This document shows positions 11,608 through 24,763 of a stretch of 64,000 nt of DNA, one piece after another. A program made the translations under genes and the position numbers. The stretch lies in contig JAUCBJ010000700.1 in NCBI GenBank assembly GCA_032718475.1, forward strand, positions 69,811 to 133,810, read 5' to 3'. The notes under the pieces are model-generated. The model was given only the letters and a program-made list of their open reading frames with translations. It was not told where the DNA came from and made no database searches. Numbering within the stretch: position 1 is the first letter of the stretch; every line of letters begins with the position of its first letter. Origin of the DNA: Nemertoderma westbladi (taxonomy: Eukaryota; Animalia; Xenacoelomorpha).

Positions 11608-13907
11608 GTGTGTAAACGTTACGCCGACGACAGCCGACAGCTGACAACCGACAGCTGACAACTAACAGTTTTCACTTTTCGGTCGATATATTGTATATTA
11701 TATTATATATGAAGAATTTGTATTTGTTTTAAGAATATGGTGTATTTATTAAATATAATAAAATAGCCTAGCGCTGATGTAAAACCATGCAACCTTTGAA
11801 CGCCCGCCTCAGCTATTTTTCAACGAAATTCAGATTGTGCTACTATTTGGAATCCTTGCATGGCCAGCTTTCTAGCAGTACCAACTAACAGCTATAAGAT
11901 AGAAGAATAACTGCGGTGGGACTGGTGCAATATCGACGGAGACACTTTTTTTAAACGCTTGTAGCTAAAGATTGAAAGCAAAAGTAAAAATTCAGGCTCA
12001 CCCAGTAAGAGGTTGGGAAATGAAAATAATCCCTGTTTCAAATTTCATGAAATGTCATTTAGATTTGTAGAAAAATCAGGGGGGGGGGGGGGTCTCTGAA
12101 TTACGACACTATATTCCGGAACATACATGGTGTACTGTGTGACATTGTTTTTAGATTGCTACCGTTATTATGCAATACAATTGAATGGAATACATTCAAT
12201 GAGTAGTCCCATAAGGGCCCAATTGGAAAATTAACGTCATTGTCGGGTTGTTGTGTTTTAGTAACCATAGTAACAGGAGCATGTTACAAGCAAAGTAATC
12301 CAATGCTTAACCGTGCCAGCCTGTTTCGTTAGGCAGCTAAGTGAGTGCTATTAAGTAAATTGATCTTTCAATTATAGTGGAAGTGTAAAGAAGGTTACTT
12401 ACTAATATCACTGCTATATTATGGATAGCCAGTAATCGTCAAGCAACATGACCTTCCAATAAACTCTGACACGCTAACATTACTGTGTTATGGATAGTCA
12501 GTATTCTTCAAATATTTCGTCATGCGTGCGCCCATGTGAAGAATACCAGGATTACCAGGGGCGCTTATTTCTGTCTTACTGTATAACCTGTACAAATACT
12601 AATTCGTTTATTGTTTTGGTTAGCTTCGCCCTTCTAGGTAACCTGTGTTTTTGGTGAAAACCTGATATTCTTCACATGGGGGTAACTGCAAAGTGAAATA
12701 TAACAGCAGAAAGTCTGGTATTCTTCACAAGGGCCCATGAGTGACCTTTAAATTATTGGTAGTGTATTTAATAATCTTATTTCGGTGTTAAAGATAGTTC
12801 ATTATAACGAACCTGCCTATTAATAGGCCAGGGTAGTTCTTGTCAAGAGTTGAGCCGTTTAAAAACACGATGTGGTTGTGTGTGTGTGTATGTATAACCA
12901 TCCAATATCTCAAAAACTCAAGCAGGTACGCAAAAATTTTAATAACAAACTCTCCATAAATTTTGGTTGCGCACAAGACTGTATATTTTTTGTGGCGTTT
13001 CGATCACGGGGTCACTGAAAAATAGCGGTTTTGAAAATTTAAAGTCGAATTTCACCGATTTCAACTCGTCGAGTATGCACCAACTTTTTTATTTGAGATA
13101 TTCAGTCATCTGAGCAACATATTTGAGCCTCAGAATCTTTTCAAATATCGCCAATCTCGCACAGAACGTCGCCAAAATTTGTTAGTCCGGCAAAAAAACG
13201 CACAAATTCGTCTAAAAGAGTAAATTATTTAGTTGCGGAATAATATGATTCAACTAGAAAAGCCAGCCAGCTGGCTGTAAGGAGACCGTCCATATAGACA
13301 AACGTAGTGTTAGTTGTGTCCCTCCTCATTCATTATCATCAACTCCCTCCCACCTAACATAGCAGTGAGTAACCTTATAGATTATTGTCATTGGATTCAC
13401 TGGGAAGAGCTATTCATCTGGTGGGGTAATACATTATACAAACTTACAGTTGATGTTTGATTACTGTCTGGGTTAGAGTGAGATAGTAATAATTTTGGCA
13501 AGTAATATACTTCTCTGCAGTTTGGGCTATTTCAATAAATAGTAGTAGCTTACTAGGCCCACATGAATACCAGCAGCTGGTGTTTCTATCGTTGAGTTGA
13601 TGGCAATTTATCGTGTTTTCATTTTCGCTCACTCAGGGTACTGGTTTGAGGGGCAGGTTCGTTTAAAGCCAGCTTGCTGGCTTTCTAGTCTTAAATAATG
13701 TATACTTAATTTATTTTATAAGTATAGAGTTTAAAATAACACAAGGCTCAAATTCGTTTAGAAATGATTACGAACAGTTTATGAATATTTTTTTCACCAA
13801 ATTGCTCTTTTTATTGTTGTTATTTAATTACCGTTAATAATGGTTTACGGATTTGGTTGTCGGTTATCGGCTGTCGGTTGTCGGCTGTCGGCGTAAAGTT
13901 TACACCC
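11608..13907. mobile_element. MULE/Mutator-like non-autonomous element with a 9-bp TSD, carrying nested insertions
   Basis: TIRs g(t/g)gtgtaaac.ttacgccgac..cagccgaca and TSD ATTTATTTT at 11599-11607 and 13908-13916. It splits the right arm of an older inverted-repeat element (9870-10020 vs 11520-11607 plus 13908-13975). Confidence 0.8.
12802..13689 (+). mobile_element. Helentron/HINE (DINE-1-like) non-autonomous rolling-circle element
   Basis: Sub-terminal inverted repeats aacgaacctgcc / ggcaggttcgtt, a (GT)n microsatellite near the 5' end, a 3' palindrome agccagcttgctggct and a terminal ttctagt. Confidence 0.6.
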
Positions 13908-14229
13908 ATTTATTTTCAGTTATCTGCATGGATGGTTTTTTTTAGATAAATAACCTTTCATTTGGTGGTCCAGTTCGCCACACTTTCGATCCAGTTCCGT
14001 TCAGTTCGGTCCAGATTCGTGTAGTGTCCTATACTATTTTTTGTGATAAAGGATCTATTGTAAGCAGATATATAAACCGTTTAATTCCTTTTAGTGTGAT
14101 GGTCCAGATAGTGAGAAAAAATGTAAGATCATCAGTGCCGTAGTCCGTTTATTCTATCTACCTATCTATAATCGACATGCTGCATTGCTAGCTCGGATTA
14201 TCGACAAAATTTCGCACTCTATAATCCAT

Positions 14230-15293
14230 TACTTAAACAACACATTATCCGCATGTTCAAGGCCAGTGTCTTGAAGGTCTCAAAAAAGCCATCGTCGTCC
14301 ATGATGCTGCCAAATCACAAGATCTTTCAAGGGATGGTCCTCACGAAAGCAATGCCCTACATATTGGATCTGGCAATGCACAATCTTAGGGGACCAATAA
14401 AACACCAGATGCTGTATATCAATGGTCTGATTGGAGATGTGTAGAGTACATGGTTCTTGACTCTGTGAACCCGACGTAGCATTCTTGTGTATGTGTCATC
14501 CCGAGATTTGGTCTTCTCACCATTTGAATTCTAGAATGGACACCCAAACAGGAGTACTGGTTCTACTGCTGCTCTAAATAATTCCTGTATTTTACGTTAA
14601 TTGCATATTCTAAACAGACTATTCAATACGGCCCATACCTTCCCTTTGGATTTTTAACAGTCTTCATCTGACGTCCAGATCAATGATCCAAAGTAACGGA
14701 GGTCATCAACACGCTTAGTGATTATGAACAGCTTAGGAACAGGTATTTCCAGAGGACTGTCGAAATAAACTGTATAAATTTTGGTCTTTGCAAAAAAAAC
14801 AACAACAAATGACCAACACTAGAAGCACCCTGTACTAATGAGCTGAGTAGCCCTTCGGCTCTCTCTACTGATTGATTCTGATAGGACTCCTGACTCATTT
14901 ACAAAGTCTACATCAGTATGGTGCTTGGCTGTGTTTCCTCGATTTCTGGAACATTAAGGTGTGTTACCATCTCCCCATCTTTATTATGATGATCTAAAGA
15001 CATGCTAGTAAGGCAGGTTAGCTAAATTGGTCAAAATATAGACCCCACTGATAGCCCACCCCCCCCCCCCCCCCCCCCCCCCTGGGGCTACTGTACGGGG
15101 GGCTACTTTCAAGGCTCCTGTACTGTATTTGCAATGAACATAGTCGAACCACAATTATGAATAAGAATGGTGCAAGAGTGTCAACCTGGAGGACCTCCCA
15201 TTGCGCTTCAAATGGACATGTTTCACCTGAAAAAAACTTTTTATATACTTGAATATACCTGATAACAACTTGCTTTTTGATAAATACCATCAT
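14230..15293 (-). mobile_element. Decayed RTE-type RT fragment
   Basis: Minus-strand VLQVDTLAPFLFIIV corresponds to GVLQGDTLAPLLFVIV of the RTE at 7253-7300. Further degraded RTE-like sequence continues toward 14230. Confidence 0.65.
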
Positions 15294-15389
15294 CCTTATT
15301 CCAGAACCAAGTTTGCACTAATTAGGACTTACTATGATTCCTCACGTGGTCTCTTTAGTACTCTATGTCTAATATGTGTCAAGTGTCAA

Positions 15390-15765
15390 ATACAATGAAC
15401 ACATTTCCAATTATACAATACTGAAGGTGACTCATTAGTCTCCGAGCTTGATACTTGAACGGAGCCACATCCGCTTTGCAGGGCATTGCTTTTACAGTGA
15501 GATACAGCCAGTACCAATCTTGTACATTGGTGGCCTCATGGAGAGAAAAAGCATGGCGGACAGCCCATGACTGTCATGAGACCCCTTTTAAAGTACACTA
15601 AGCCTTGAAGATGCGATATTTCTTACAAATGTCATGGTCATGGTTGGGGTACACATTTACACAAGCCGGCATAACATTCATAATATACAGTATATAAATG
15701 CAGCTGCAATGCAGGAATGCAGCTCGCCGATAGTAGTGCTGTAGTAGTAGTTAGTTAGTAGTATA
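15390..15765 (+). mobile_element. RTE-type LINE 3' end fragment with a (TAG)n-like tail
   Basis: RFAGHCF motif, similarity to 1-60 and 733-950, and a tagtag tail just upstream of SLC18B1 exon 3. Confidence 0.6.
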
Positions 15766-15848
15766 AGTTGTCTAATATAACCCTTTTTCAGATCTCTTCT
15801 TCCTATTAAGTTGTGTAAACAATAACGCTTTGTTTTGTATACTTGCAG

Positions 15849-16149
15849 CTTGTATGCGACTACTAACTCTTTGGGTTGCGCTATTGGTCCAATAATTGGT
15901 GGGTCTATGACTCATGCCTTTGGCTTTCCGGTTGCCATCGCCTTATTCAGCATTATAAGTTTGCTGATAATTCCGCCAGTAATCGCACTCCATTGCTACT
16001 ATTGGTGCAACGGACGGGACATGTACCAACGTGCGGATAGATTCACACGAGTTGAGGAAGAAAATCAACCTTTACTGGCCGGTACCGGTAGTGGTTCTAA
16101 TGGTATAGTAAGACGACTTCCTAACAACAGAGAAGACAGCCTTATATGA
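15849..16149 (+). CDS. SLC18B1: SLC18B1-like transporter, copy 1, exon 3 (terminal)
   Basis: ttgcag|C acceptor (phase 2) and SLG.AIGPIIGG MFS motif. The spliced CDS is 295+904+301 = 1500 nt = 499 aa. Confidence 0.88.
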
Positions 16150-17143
16150 ATATTGCGACAGTTGGGGGATGTTTCAAAGGAAATGTTATTGCAATACTGC
16201 GTATCATATTTTAATAAATGAATTGGACAACTTAAGATGTGTTAAAAAATTCCAGTAAAACATGAACATTCAATTACGTTTATAATTATTATATAATTAA
16301 CCTTCACCAGTTGTTATATTGCACAGGTTTTGCCTTGGGGCTATGTAATACTGAAACAACGCCAACTATCTCGCTCAAGAATATAATATTTTGTTCAATA
16401 TTGTTATGATTGTATTTTCGGTTTTCTTCATTCCGTTATTCTTATCCATGAATAATTACTTCAGCTCGCTCACCCTCACCACGATTTATTGCTCGGTTAT
16501 CTGATTTATCTGGTAGTGACGTAGTCGCTCACGTCTAAAATTTATTACTAAAATATTCAAGTAAATAAAATATTCAAATCCAAACTTTAAGCGAAATCAA
16601 AATACAGTAGCAGGTCGAGGTATCGTTAGTTTTTGTGAAAATATTTTTGTGATTCTTATTCTTTTGTTTAAATGTTAGGGATAGGGATTGTATTGATAAA
16701 TGAGTTGCTGATGATGGGCCTGGTGATGGAAGCTGGTTGTGTGGTGCATTACTTTTAGGTATACTACTGTATTAGTACCGGTAGGCCTACACTTCCAATT
16801 ATTTTATGTCCATGTTTTCTACTTTTTTTCTACCTAGGCCTACTTAAATGATTTTGTGTACGTTTTTTCGTATGTTTTAGAAGTGATAATAATAATTATT
16901 GACGGGAAGCACACTTAGCAGTTAGCTACACATTTTAATGGTAACTATTGATTTAGATTATGTTGTTATCTCATGCTACAGTAAGTACAAAGTTTTAGGT
17001 TGATTGGCTGGTTCGGGGTCCTGTAGAATATTTAGTACTGTAGTGAAGCTCAACACACTATCGAATGCTGCATAGTGGACGTTGGTTTTGGTTGGCCGTG
17101 TGGCCGTTGGTAGACACGTAAGTTGCATAATTATCGGATGAGT

Positions 17144-17760
17144 GGTACATGCTAAAAAGTATAATGAGCTAGAATGATCTAGAATGACCTAGAATGATCT
17201 AGAATGACCTAGAATGAGCTAGAATGACCTAAGAATCACCTAGAATGAGCTATGAGAAGATGATAGAATGCAAGAATGATCTAGAATTATCTAGAATGAC
17301 ATAAGAATCACCTAGAACGAACTCTGTTGAGATGATAAAATGCAATACCGACCTATACCAAGCTATAACAAGATAAGAATCACCTAGAATGAGCTATTAT
17401 TTTATTAGTAATACTATTATTTGTAGTAATATGCTCGCTTAGAAGAATGCTCCTTACTACCTCGTTTATGTCCGGCACTAATAGGCTTCCGGTATATTGT
17501 TTCCAAAACCGAAGCGCTGTAAGTAAAGAACTTATCCACTACCTGCTCTTTACTAGAAATCGCCATACTACGACATATTGCTGGCTCTCGAAAAAACGAT
17601 TCATATCCCTGACTCAAACGACTCGATTATTATCTTGTTACAGCTCGGTATAGGTCGGTATTGCATTCTATCATATCCTCATAGCTCATTCTAGGTGATT
17701 CTTAGGTCATTCTAGATCATTCTAGGTCATTCTAGCTCATTCCACTTTTTAGCATGTACC
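17144..17760. mobile_element. MULE/Foldback-like MITE with 10-bp internal tandem repeats (ctagaatgac) in its TIRs
   Basis: TIR GGTACATGCTAAAAAGT at both ends and a perfect 9-bp TSD CGGATGAGT (17135-17143, 17761-17769). Confidence 0.9.
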
Positions 17761-18756
17761 CGGATGAGTACAATTAGGTAGTGTAGAAGGATTACTGTCG
17801 GTTGTTTGTATGTTTGTATCTGTGAATAGTACACCAGCAGCCCCCAGATCACTCAATCTCAATACTCCATGTTCGCTATTAATTAACCCCTTTTCCATTG
17901 ACCTACTGCTAAAAGATTTCATAACGTGGATTTAACAATCTACATGATCTGTTATAGTATAGGAGGGCATTTACAATAAACCAATCTCAAAGTATTTACA
18001 TCTAAGTTACGTAACATAAGAAAACCATAGAAAACCGTACCACTCCACTTTATCAGTTTACCTTTGAACTAATTCAATGTTAGTCTACTAATTAAATTGT
18101 TGTTCTTTGGCTAAAATATATCAAACAATTGTATAAAATTACTTAACTACAATATTACCCCAATATTCTTGAACATGATTTAATTAATAGAATATCAAAT
18201 GTTTATTAAATAATACAAATCGTCTTATTGCCTAAACTATTGGTAAGGAATAATACAAGATAAGTGGGGCGAGTAAACACTGCGAGCCATATCGAGGGAA
18301 TAAGACCCCATGTCAAATTTTATTGTTTCCTTAATAATTACACTGTGGTCTTTTTCCTTAAACTTTATGTTTACTTACTATTAAATTAATTTTTTACTGT
18401 ATCATATAGGCTGTGTATGCCTAGATTAAATAATAATATATAATTTATTAGATTTGTTTTAATTTTCTGAAGTTTGGCTCTCAATACACAAAACGCTATT
18501 ATCACAAATTATTATTTATAATTATATCGCTGTTGTCCTTACAGTAGGTGTACTGTCTAGAGGCTCTCTATTAATTTATTGTAATCTATGTAGGACCTTT
18601 AAATACGTTCATGCCAAGATACTATATTATGTACCCTACACTTCCTTGTGGATAATTATTCATAATGATAATAATAATAGTCTTATTATTATTTTATATA
18701 TAATCTTCAATACAGTTGTTGCTGAAATATCTTATTATTCAATGGAATAGAGTTAA

Positions 18757-21700
18757 AGTTGTAGAGTAGAGTACACTGCTACATAAATAAGTAGTTGTAG
18801 AGTAGAGTACACTGCTACATAAATAAGTAGTTGTAGAGTAGAGTACACTGCTACATAAATAAGTAGTTGTAGAGTAGAGTACACTGCTACATAAATAAGT
18901 AGTTGTCGAGTAGAGTACACTGCTACATAAATAAGTAGTTGTAGAGTAAAGTACACTGCTACATAAATAAGTAGTTGTAGAGTAGAGTACACTGCTACAT
19001 AAATAATAAGTTGTAGAGTAGAGTACACTGCTACATAAATAAGTAGTTGTAGAGTAGAGTACACTGCTACATAAATAAGTAGTTGTAGAGTAGAGTACAC
19101 TGCTACATAAATAAGAAGTTGTAGAGTAGAGTACACTGCCACATAAATAAGTAGTTGTAGAGTAGAGTACACTGCTACATAAATAAGTAGTTGTAGAGTA
19201 GAGTACACTGCTACATAAATAAGTAGTTGTAGAGTAGAGTACACTGCTACATAAATAAGTAGTTGTAGAGTAAAGTACACTGCTACATAAATAAGTAGTT
19301 GTAGAGTAGAGTACACTGCTACATAAATAAGAAGTTGTAGAGTAGAGTACACTGCTACATAAATAAGTAGTTGTAGAGTAGAGTACACTGCTACATAAAT
19401 AAGTAGTTGTAGAGTAGAGTACATTGCTACATAAATAAGTAGTTGTAGAGTAGAGTACACTGCTACATAAATAAGAAGTTGTAGAGTAGAGTACACTGCT
19501 ACATAAATAAGTAGTTGTAGAGTAGAGTACACTGCTACATAAATAAGTAGTTGTAGAGTAGAGTACACTGCTACATAAATAAGTAGTTGTAGAGTAAAGT
19601 ACACTGCTACATAAATAAGTAGTTGTAGAGTAGAGTACACTGCTACATAAATAAGAAGTTGTAGAGTAGAGTACACTGCTACATAAATAAGTAGTTGTAG
19701 AGTAAAGTACACTGCTACATAAATAAGTAGTTGTAGAGTAGAGTACACTGCTACATAAATAAGAAGTTGTAGAGTAGAGTACACTGCTACATAAATAAGT
19801 AGTTGTAGAGTAGAGTACACTGCTACATAAATAAGTAGTTGTAGAGTAAAGTACACTGCTACATAAATAAGTAGTTGTAGAGTAGAGTACACTGCTACAT
19901 AAATAAGAAGTTGTAGAGTAGAGTACACTGCTACATAAATAAGTAGTTGTAGAGTAGAGTACACTGCTACATAAATAAGTAGTTGTAGAGTAGAGTACAC
20001 TGCTACATAAATAAGTAGTTGTAGAGTAGAGTACACTGCTACATAAATAAGTAGTTGTAGAGTAAAGTACACTGCTACATAAATAAGTAGTTGTAGAGTA
20101 GAGTACACTGCTACATAAATAAGTAGTTGTAGAGTAGAGTACACTGCTACATAAATAAGAAGTTGTAGAGTAGAGTACACTGCTACATAAATAAGTAGTT
20201 GTAGAGTAGAGTACACTGCTACATAAATAAGTAGTTGTAGAGTAGAGTACACTGCTACATAAATAAGTAGTTGTAGAGTAAAGTACACTGCTACATAAAT
20301 AAGTAGTTGTAGAGTAGAGTACACTGCTACATAAATAAGAAGTTGTAGAGTAGAGTACACTGCTACATAAATAAGTAGTTGTAGAGTAGAGTACACTGCT
20401 ACATAAATTAGTAGTTGTAGAGTAGAGTACACTGCTACATAAATAAGTAGTTGTAGAGTAGAGTACACTGCTACATAAATAAGTAGTTGTAGAGTAGAGT
20501 ACACTGCTACATAAATAAGAAGTTGTAGAGTAGAGTACACTGCTACATAAATAAGTAGTTGTAGAGTAGAGTACACTGCTACATAAATAAGAAGTTGTAG
20601 AGTAGAGTACACTGCTACATAAATAAGAAGTTGTAGAGTAGAGTACACTGCTACATAAATAAGAAGTTGTAGAGTAGAGTACACTGCTACATAAATAAGA
20701 CGTTGTATAGTAGAGTACACTGCTACATAAATAAGAAGTTGTAGAGTAGAGTACACTGCTACATAAATCAGAAGTTGTCGAGTAGAGTACACTGCTACAT
20801 AAATAAGTAGTTGTAGAGTAGAGTACACTGCTATTGCTATATAAATAAGTAGTTGTAGAGTAGAGTACACTGCTACATAAATAAGTAGTTGTAGAGTAGA
20901 GTACACTGCTACATAAATAAGTAGTTGTAGAGTAGAGTACACTGCTACATAAATAAGTAGTTGTAGAGTAGAGTACACTGCTACATAAATAAGTAGTTGT
21001 AGAGTAGAGTACACTGCTACATAAATAAGTAGTTGTAGAGTAGAGTACACTGCTACATAAATAAGAAGTTGTAGAGTAGAGTACACTGCTACATAAATAA
21101 GTAGTTGTAGAGTAGAGTACACTGCTACATAAATAAGTACTGCAGTTGTAGAGTAGAGTACACTGCTACATAAATAATTAGTTGTAGAGTACAGTACACT
21201 GCTACATAAATAAGTAGTTGTAGAGTAGAGTACACTGCTACATAAATAAGAAGTTGTAGAGTAGAGTATACTGCTACATAAATAAGACGTTGTATAGTAG
21301 AGTACACTGCTACATAAATAAGAAGTTGTAGAGTAGAGTACACTGCTACATAAATAAGAAGTTGTAGAGTAGAGTACACTGCTACATAAATAAGACGTTG
21401 TATAGTAGAGTACACTGCTACATAAATAAGAAGTTGTAGAGTAGAGTACACTGCTACATAAATCAGAAGTTGTCGAGTAGAGTACACTGCTACATAAATA
21501 AGTAGTTGTAGAGTAGAGTACACTGCTACATAAATAAGTAGTTGTAGAGTAGAGTACACTGCTACATAAATAAGTAGTTGTAGAGTAGAGTACACTGCTA
21601 CATAAATAAGTAGTTGTCGAGTAGAGTACACTGCTACATAAATAAGTAGTTGTAGAGTAGAGTACACTGCTACATAAATAAGAAGTTGTAGAGTAGAGTA

Positions 21701-23432
21701 CACTGCTACATAAATAAGTAGTTGTAGAGTAGAGTACACTGCTACATAAATAAGAAGTTGTAGAGTAGAGTACACTGCTACATTAATAAGAAGTTGTAGA
21801 GTAGAGTACACTGCTACATAAATAAGAAGTTGTAGAGTAGAGTACACTGCTACATAAATAAGAAGTTGTAGAGTAGAGTACACTGCTACATAAATAAGAA
21901 GTTGTAGAGTAGAGTACACTGCTACATAAATAAGTAGTTGTAGAGTAGAGTACACTGCTACATAAATAAGTAGTTGTAGAGTAGAGTACAGAGTAGAGTA
22001 CACTGCTACATAAATAAGAAGTTGTAGAGTAGAGTACACTGCTACATAAATAAGAAGTTGTAGAGTAGAGTACACTGCTACATAAATAAGAAGTTGTAGA
22101 GTAGAGTGCACTGCTACATAAATAAGTAGTTGTAGAGTAGAGTACACTGCTACATAAATAAGAAGTTGTAGAGTAGAGTACACTGCTACATAAATAAGTA
22201 GTTGTAGAGTAGAGTACACTGCTACATAAATAATAAGTTGTAGAGTAGAGTACACTGCTACATAAATAAGTAGTTGTAGAGTAGAGTACACTGCTACATA
22301 AATAAGTAGTTGTAGAGTAGAGTACACTGCTACATAAATAAGTAGTTGTAGAGTAGAGTACACTGCTACATAAATAAGTAGTTGTAGAGTAGAGTACACT
22401 GCTACATAAATAAGTAGTTGTAGAGTAGAGTACACTGCTACATAAATAAGTAGTTGTAGAGTAGAGTACACTGCCACATAAATAAGAAGTTGTAGAGTAG
22501 AGTACACTGCTACATAAATAAGTAGTTGTAGAGTAGAGTACACTGCTACATAAATAAGTAGTTGTAGAGTAGAGTACACTGCTACATAAATAAGTAGTTC
22601 TAGAGTAGAGTACACTGCTACATAAATAATAAGTTGTAGAGTAGAGTACACTGCTACATAAATAAGTAGTTGTAGAGTAGAGTACACTGCTACATAAATA
22701 AGTAGTTGTAGAGTAGAGTACACTGCTACATAAATAAGTAGTTGTAGAGTAGAGTACACTGCTACATAAATAAGTAGTTGTAGAGTAGAGTACACTGCTA
22801 CATAAATAAGTAGTTGTAGAGTAGAGAACACTGCTACATAAATAAGTAGTTGTAGAGTAGAGTACACTGCTACATAAATAAGAAGTTGTAGAGTAGAGTA
22901 CACTGCTACATAAATAAGTAGTTGTCGAGTAGAGTACACTGCTACATAAATAATAAGTTGTAGAGTAGAGTACACTGCTACATAAATAAGAAGTTGTAGA
23001 GTAGAGTACACTGCTACATAAATAAGTAGTTGTCGAGTAGAGTACACTGCTACATAAATAATAAGTTGTAGAGTAGAGTACACTGCTACATAAATAAGTA
23101 GTTGTAAAGTAGAGTACACTGCTACATAAATAAGTAGTTGTAGAGTAGAGTACACTGCTACATAAATAATAAGTTGTAGAGTAGAGTACACTGCTACATA
23201 AATAAGTAGTTGTAGAGTAGAGTACACTGCTACATAAATAAGTAGTTGTAGAGTAGAGTACACTGCTACATAAATAAGTAGTTGTAGAGTAGAGTACACT
23301 GCTACATAAATAAGTAGTTGTAGAGTAGAGTACACTGCTACATAAATAAGTAGTTGTAGAGTAGAGTACACTGCTACATAAATAAGAAGTTGTAGAGTAG
23401 AGTACACTGCTATTGCTATATAAATAAGTAGT
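18757..23432. repeat. 36-bp minisatellite, ~130 copies, just upstream of SLC18B1 copy 2
   Basis: Unit gtagagtagagtacactgctacataaataagtagtt with few variants. Source of the VYSTLQLLIYVA ORFs. Confidence 0.98.
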
Positions 23433-23739
23433 AGAATAAGTACAATAATATTTTTTCTAAATTCAATGTCCTTTACTTTTTGAAGTTGAGGTTTTGCAAT
23501 TAACCTTCAGCAAATACAAATACTTCAACATTACAAGAAAGGGTGTAACCACCACTACTTCAGAGTACTAAGCTCCATATAGACCATATAGATTTTATGA
23601 TATAAAATACAATAAAATTATGCAATCTATAATAGTTTCTGTTTTACATACTAATTTACAGTTTTAGAAAAACTATAAATTTTAAATCTTTGATGGATAA
23701 CTGAAACTTTGTAGACTCCCAAAGTACAAATGAAAGAAG

Positions 23740-24046
23740 ATGACATTACTGGATAACGGTTCTGGTACTAGTGGGAACACGTCTCCGTCGTTACCCCGCC
23801 GTTACCATGACATCCTTGAGACTGACGAGCGACCCCCACTGCTTCCAACCCGCAGTCGCGGACCATTCCCCCGCACCGGGTACTTACGGTTACTACGCAA
23901 CCGCTACGTCTGCGGAGTCTCCCTGGTGTTCCATGCGTTTACAGTCGGTGGTCTACTCGCTCTGCCAGGGGCATTCTTTCCAATTATGTCGATAAATAAA
24001 GGATTTACAGAGTCGCTAATCGGGTTGTTATTTGGTATATATGCTG
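23740..24046 (+). CDS. SLC18B1: SLC18B1-like transporter, copy 2, exon 1
   Basis: Near-identical to 3429-3723 plus 12 bp (DERP). GCT G|GTAAGT donor. Confidence 0.85.
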
Positions 24047-24763
24047 GTAAGTTATTTTTTCATATGCTGGTCAGTTATTTGTTTATATATGACGCGGAAT
24101 TTGGAAATATATCCTGCCTCGTAAGTGATTTGGTATATATGCTGGTAAGTTATTTTATATGCTGGTAAATGTTCTGTACGATGACGCTATTATTTATTTG
24201 GTATTTAAAATAATAAATTTTTACGTACAAAACATAGACCTACACTTTGCGTATTTTTATATAAGTAGAGTAATTCTATCTGGTCGAATAGTGACTCACA
24301 GCATCTCAATGTGAAGTGTCAATGCAGGAATGCAGAAGGCCGATTATACAGTAGTAGTAGTCTGGGATAGAGAATGTGAGTAAACACAACCTTACTTCTC
24401 TGCAGTATGGGCCTAACCATTCAATAGCATTCATTACTAGACCCTCACTATCATTTTTTCATCAGCACCAGCTGGTGTTTCTATCATTGAGTCTATGGCA
24501 ATTTTCGTGTGATGGGGCTACTTTTCGAAATAAATAAAAATTTAATAATTTTTTGTATTCGATTAATATAACTTTCTTTGACTGACGAGCTAATATAGCT
24601 TCGGAGGAGTTCACCTGATATACATACATAAGAATACTTACAGTAATAAGCCCTAACTGTCTTCTACAGTAACTAATATTATTATCACAAAGTCGGACTC
24701 ATAATTAATTGCACTTTCAAATGTTTTATATTTGTTGATTTAATTAATTACTTTATTTTTAAG

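Noticed and set aside
18753-23407. 789-aa and 760-aa ORFs (VYSTLQLLIYVA)n
   Set aside because: By-products of a stop-free frame in a 36-bp satellite, with non-ATG starts and no unique sequence.
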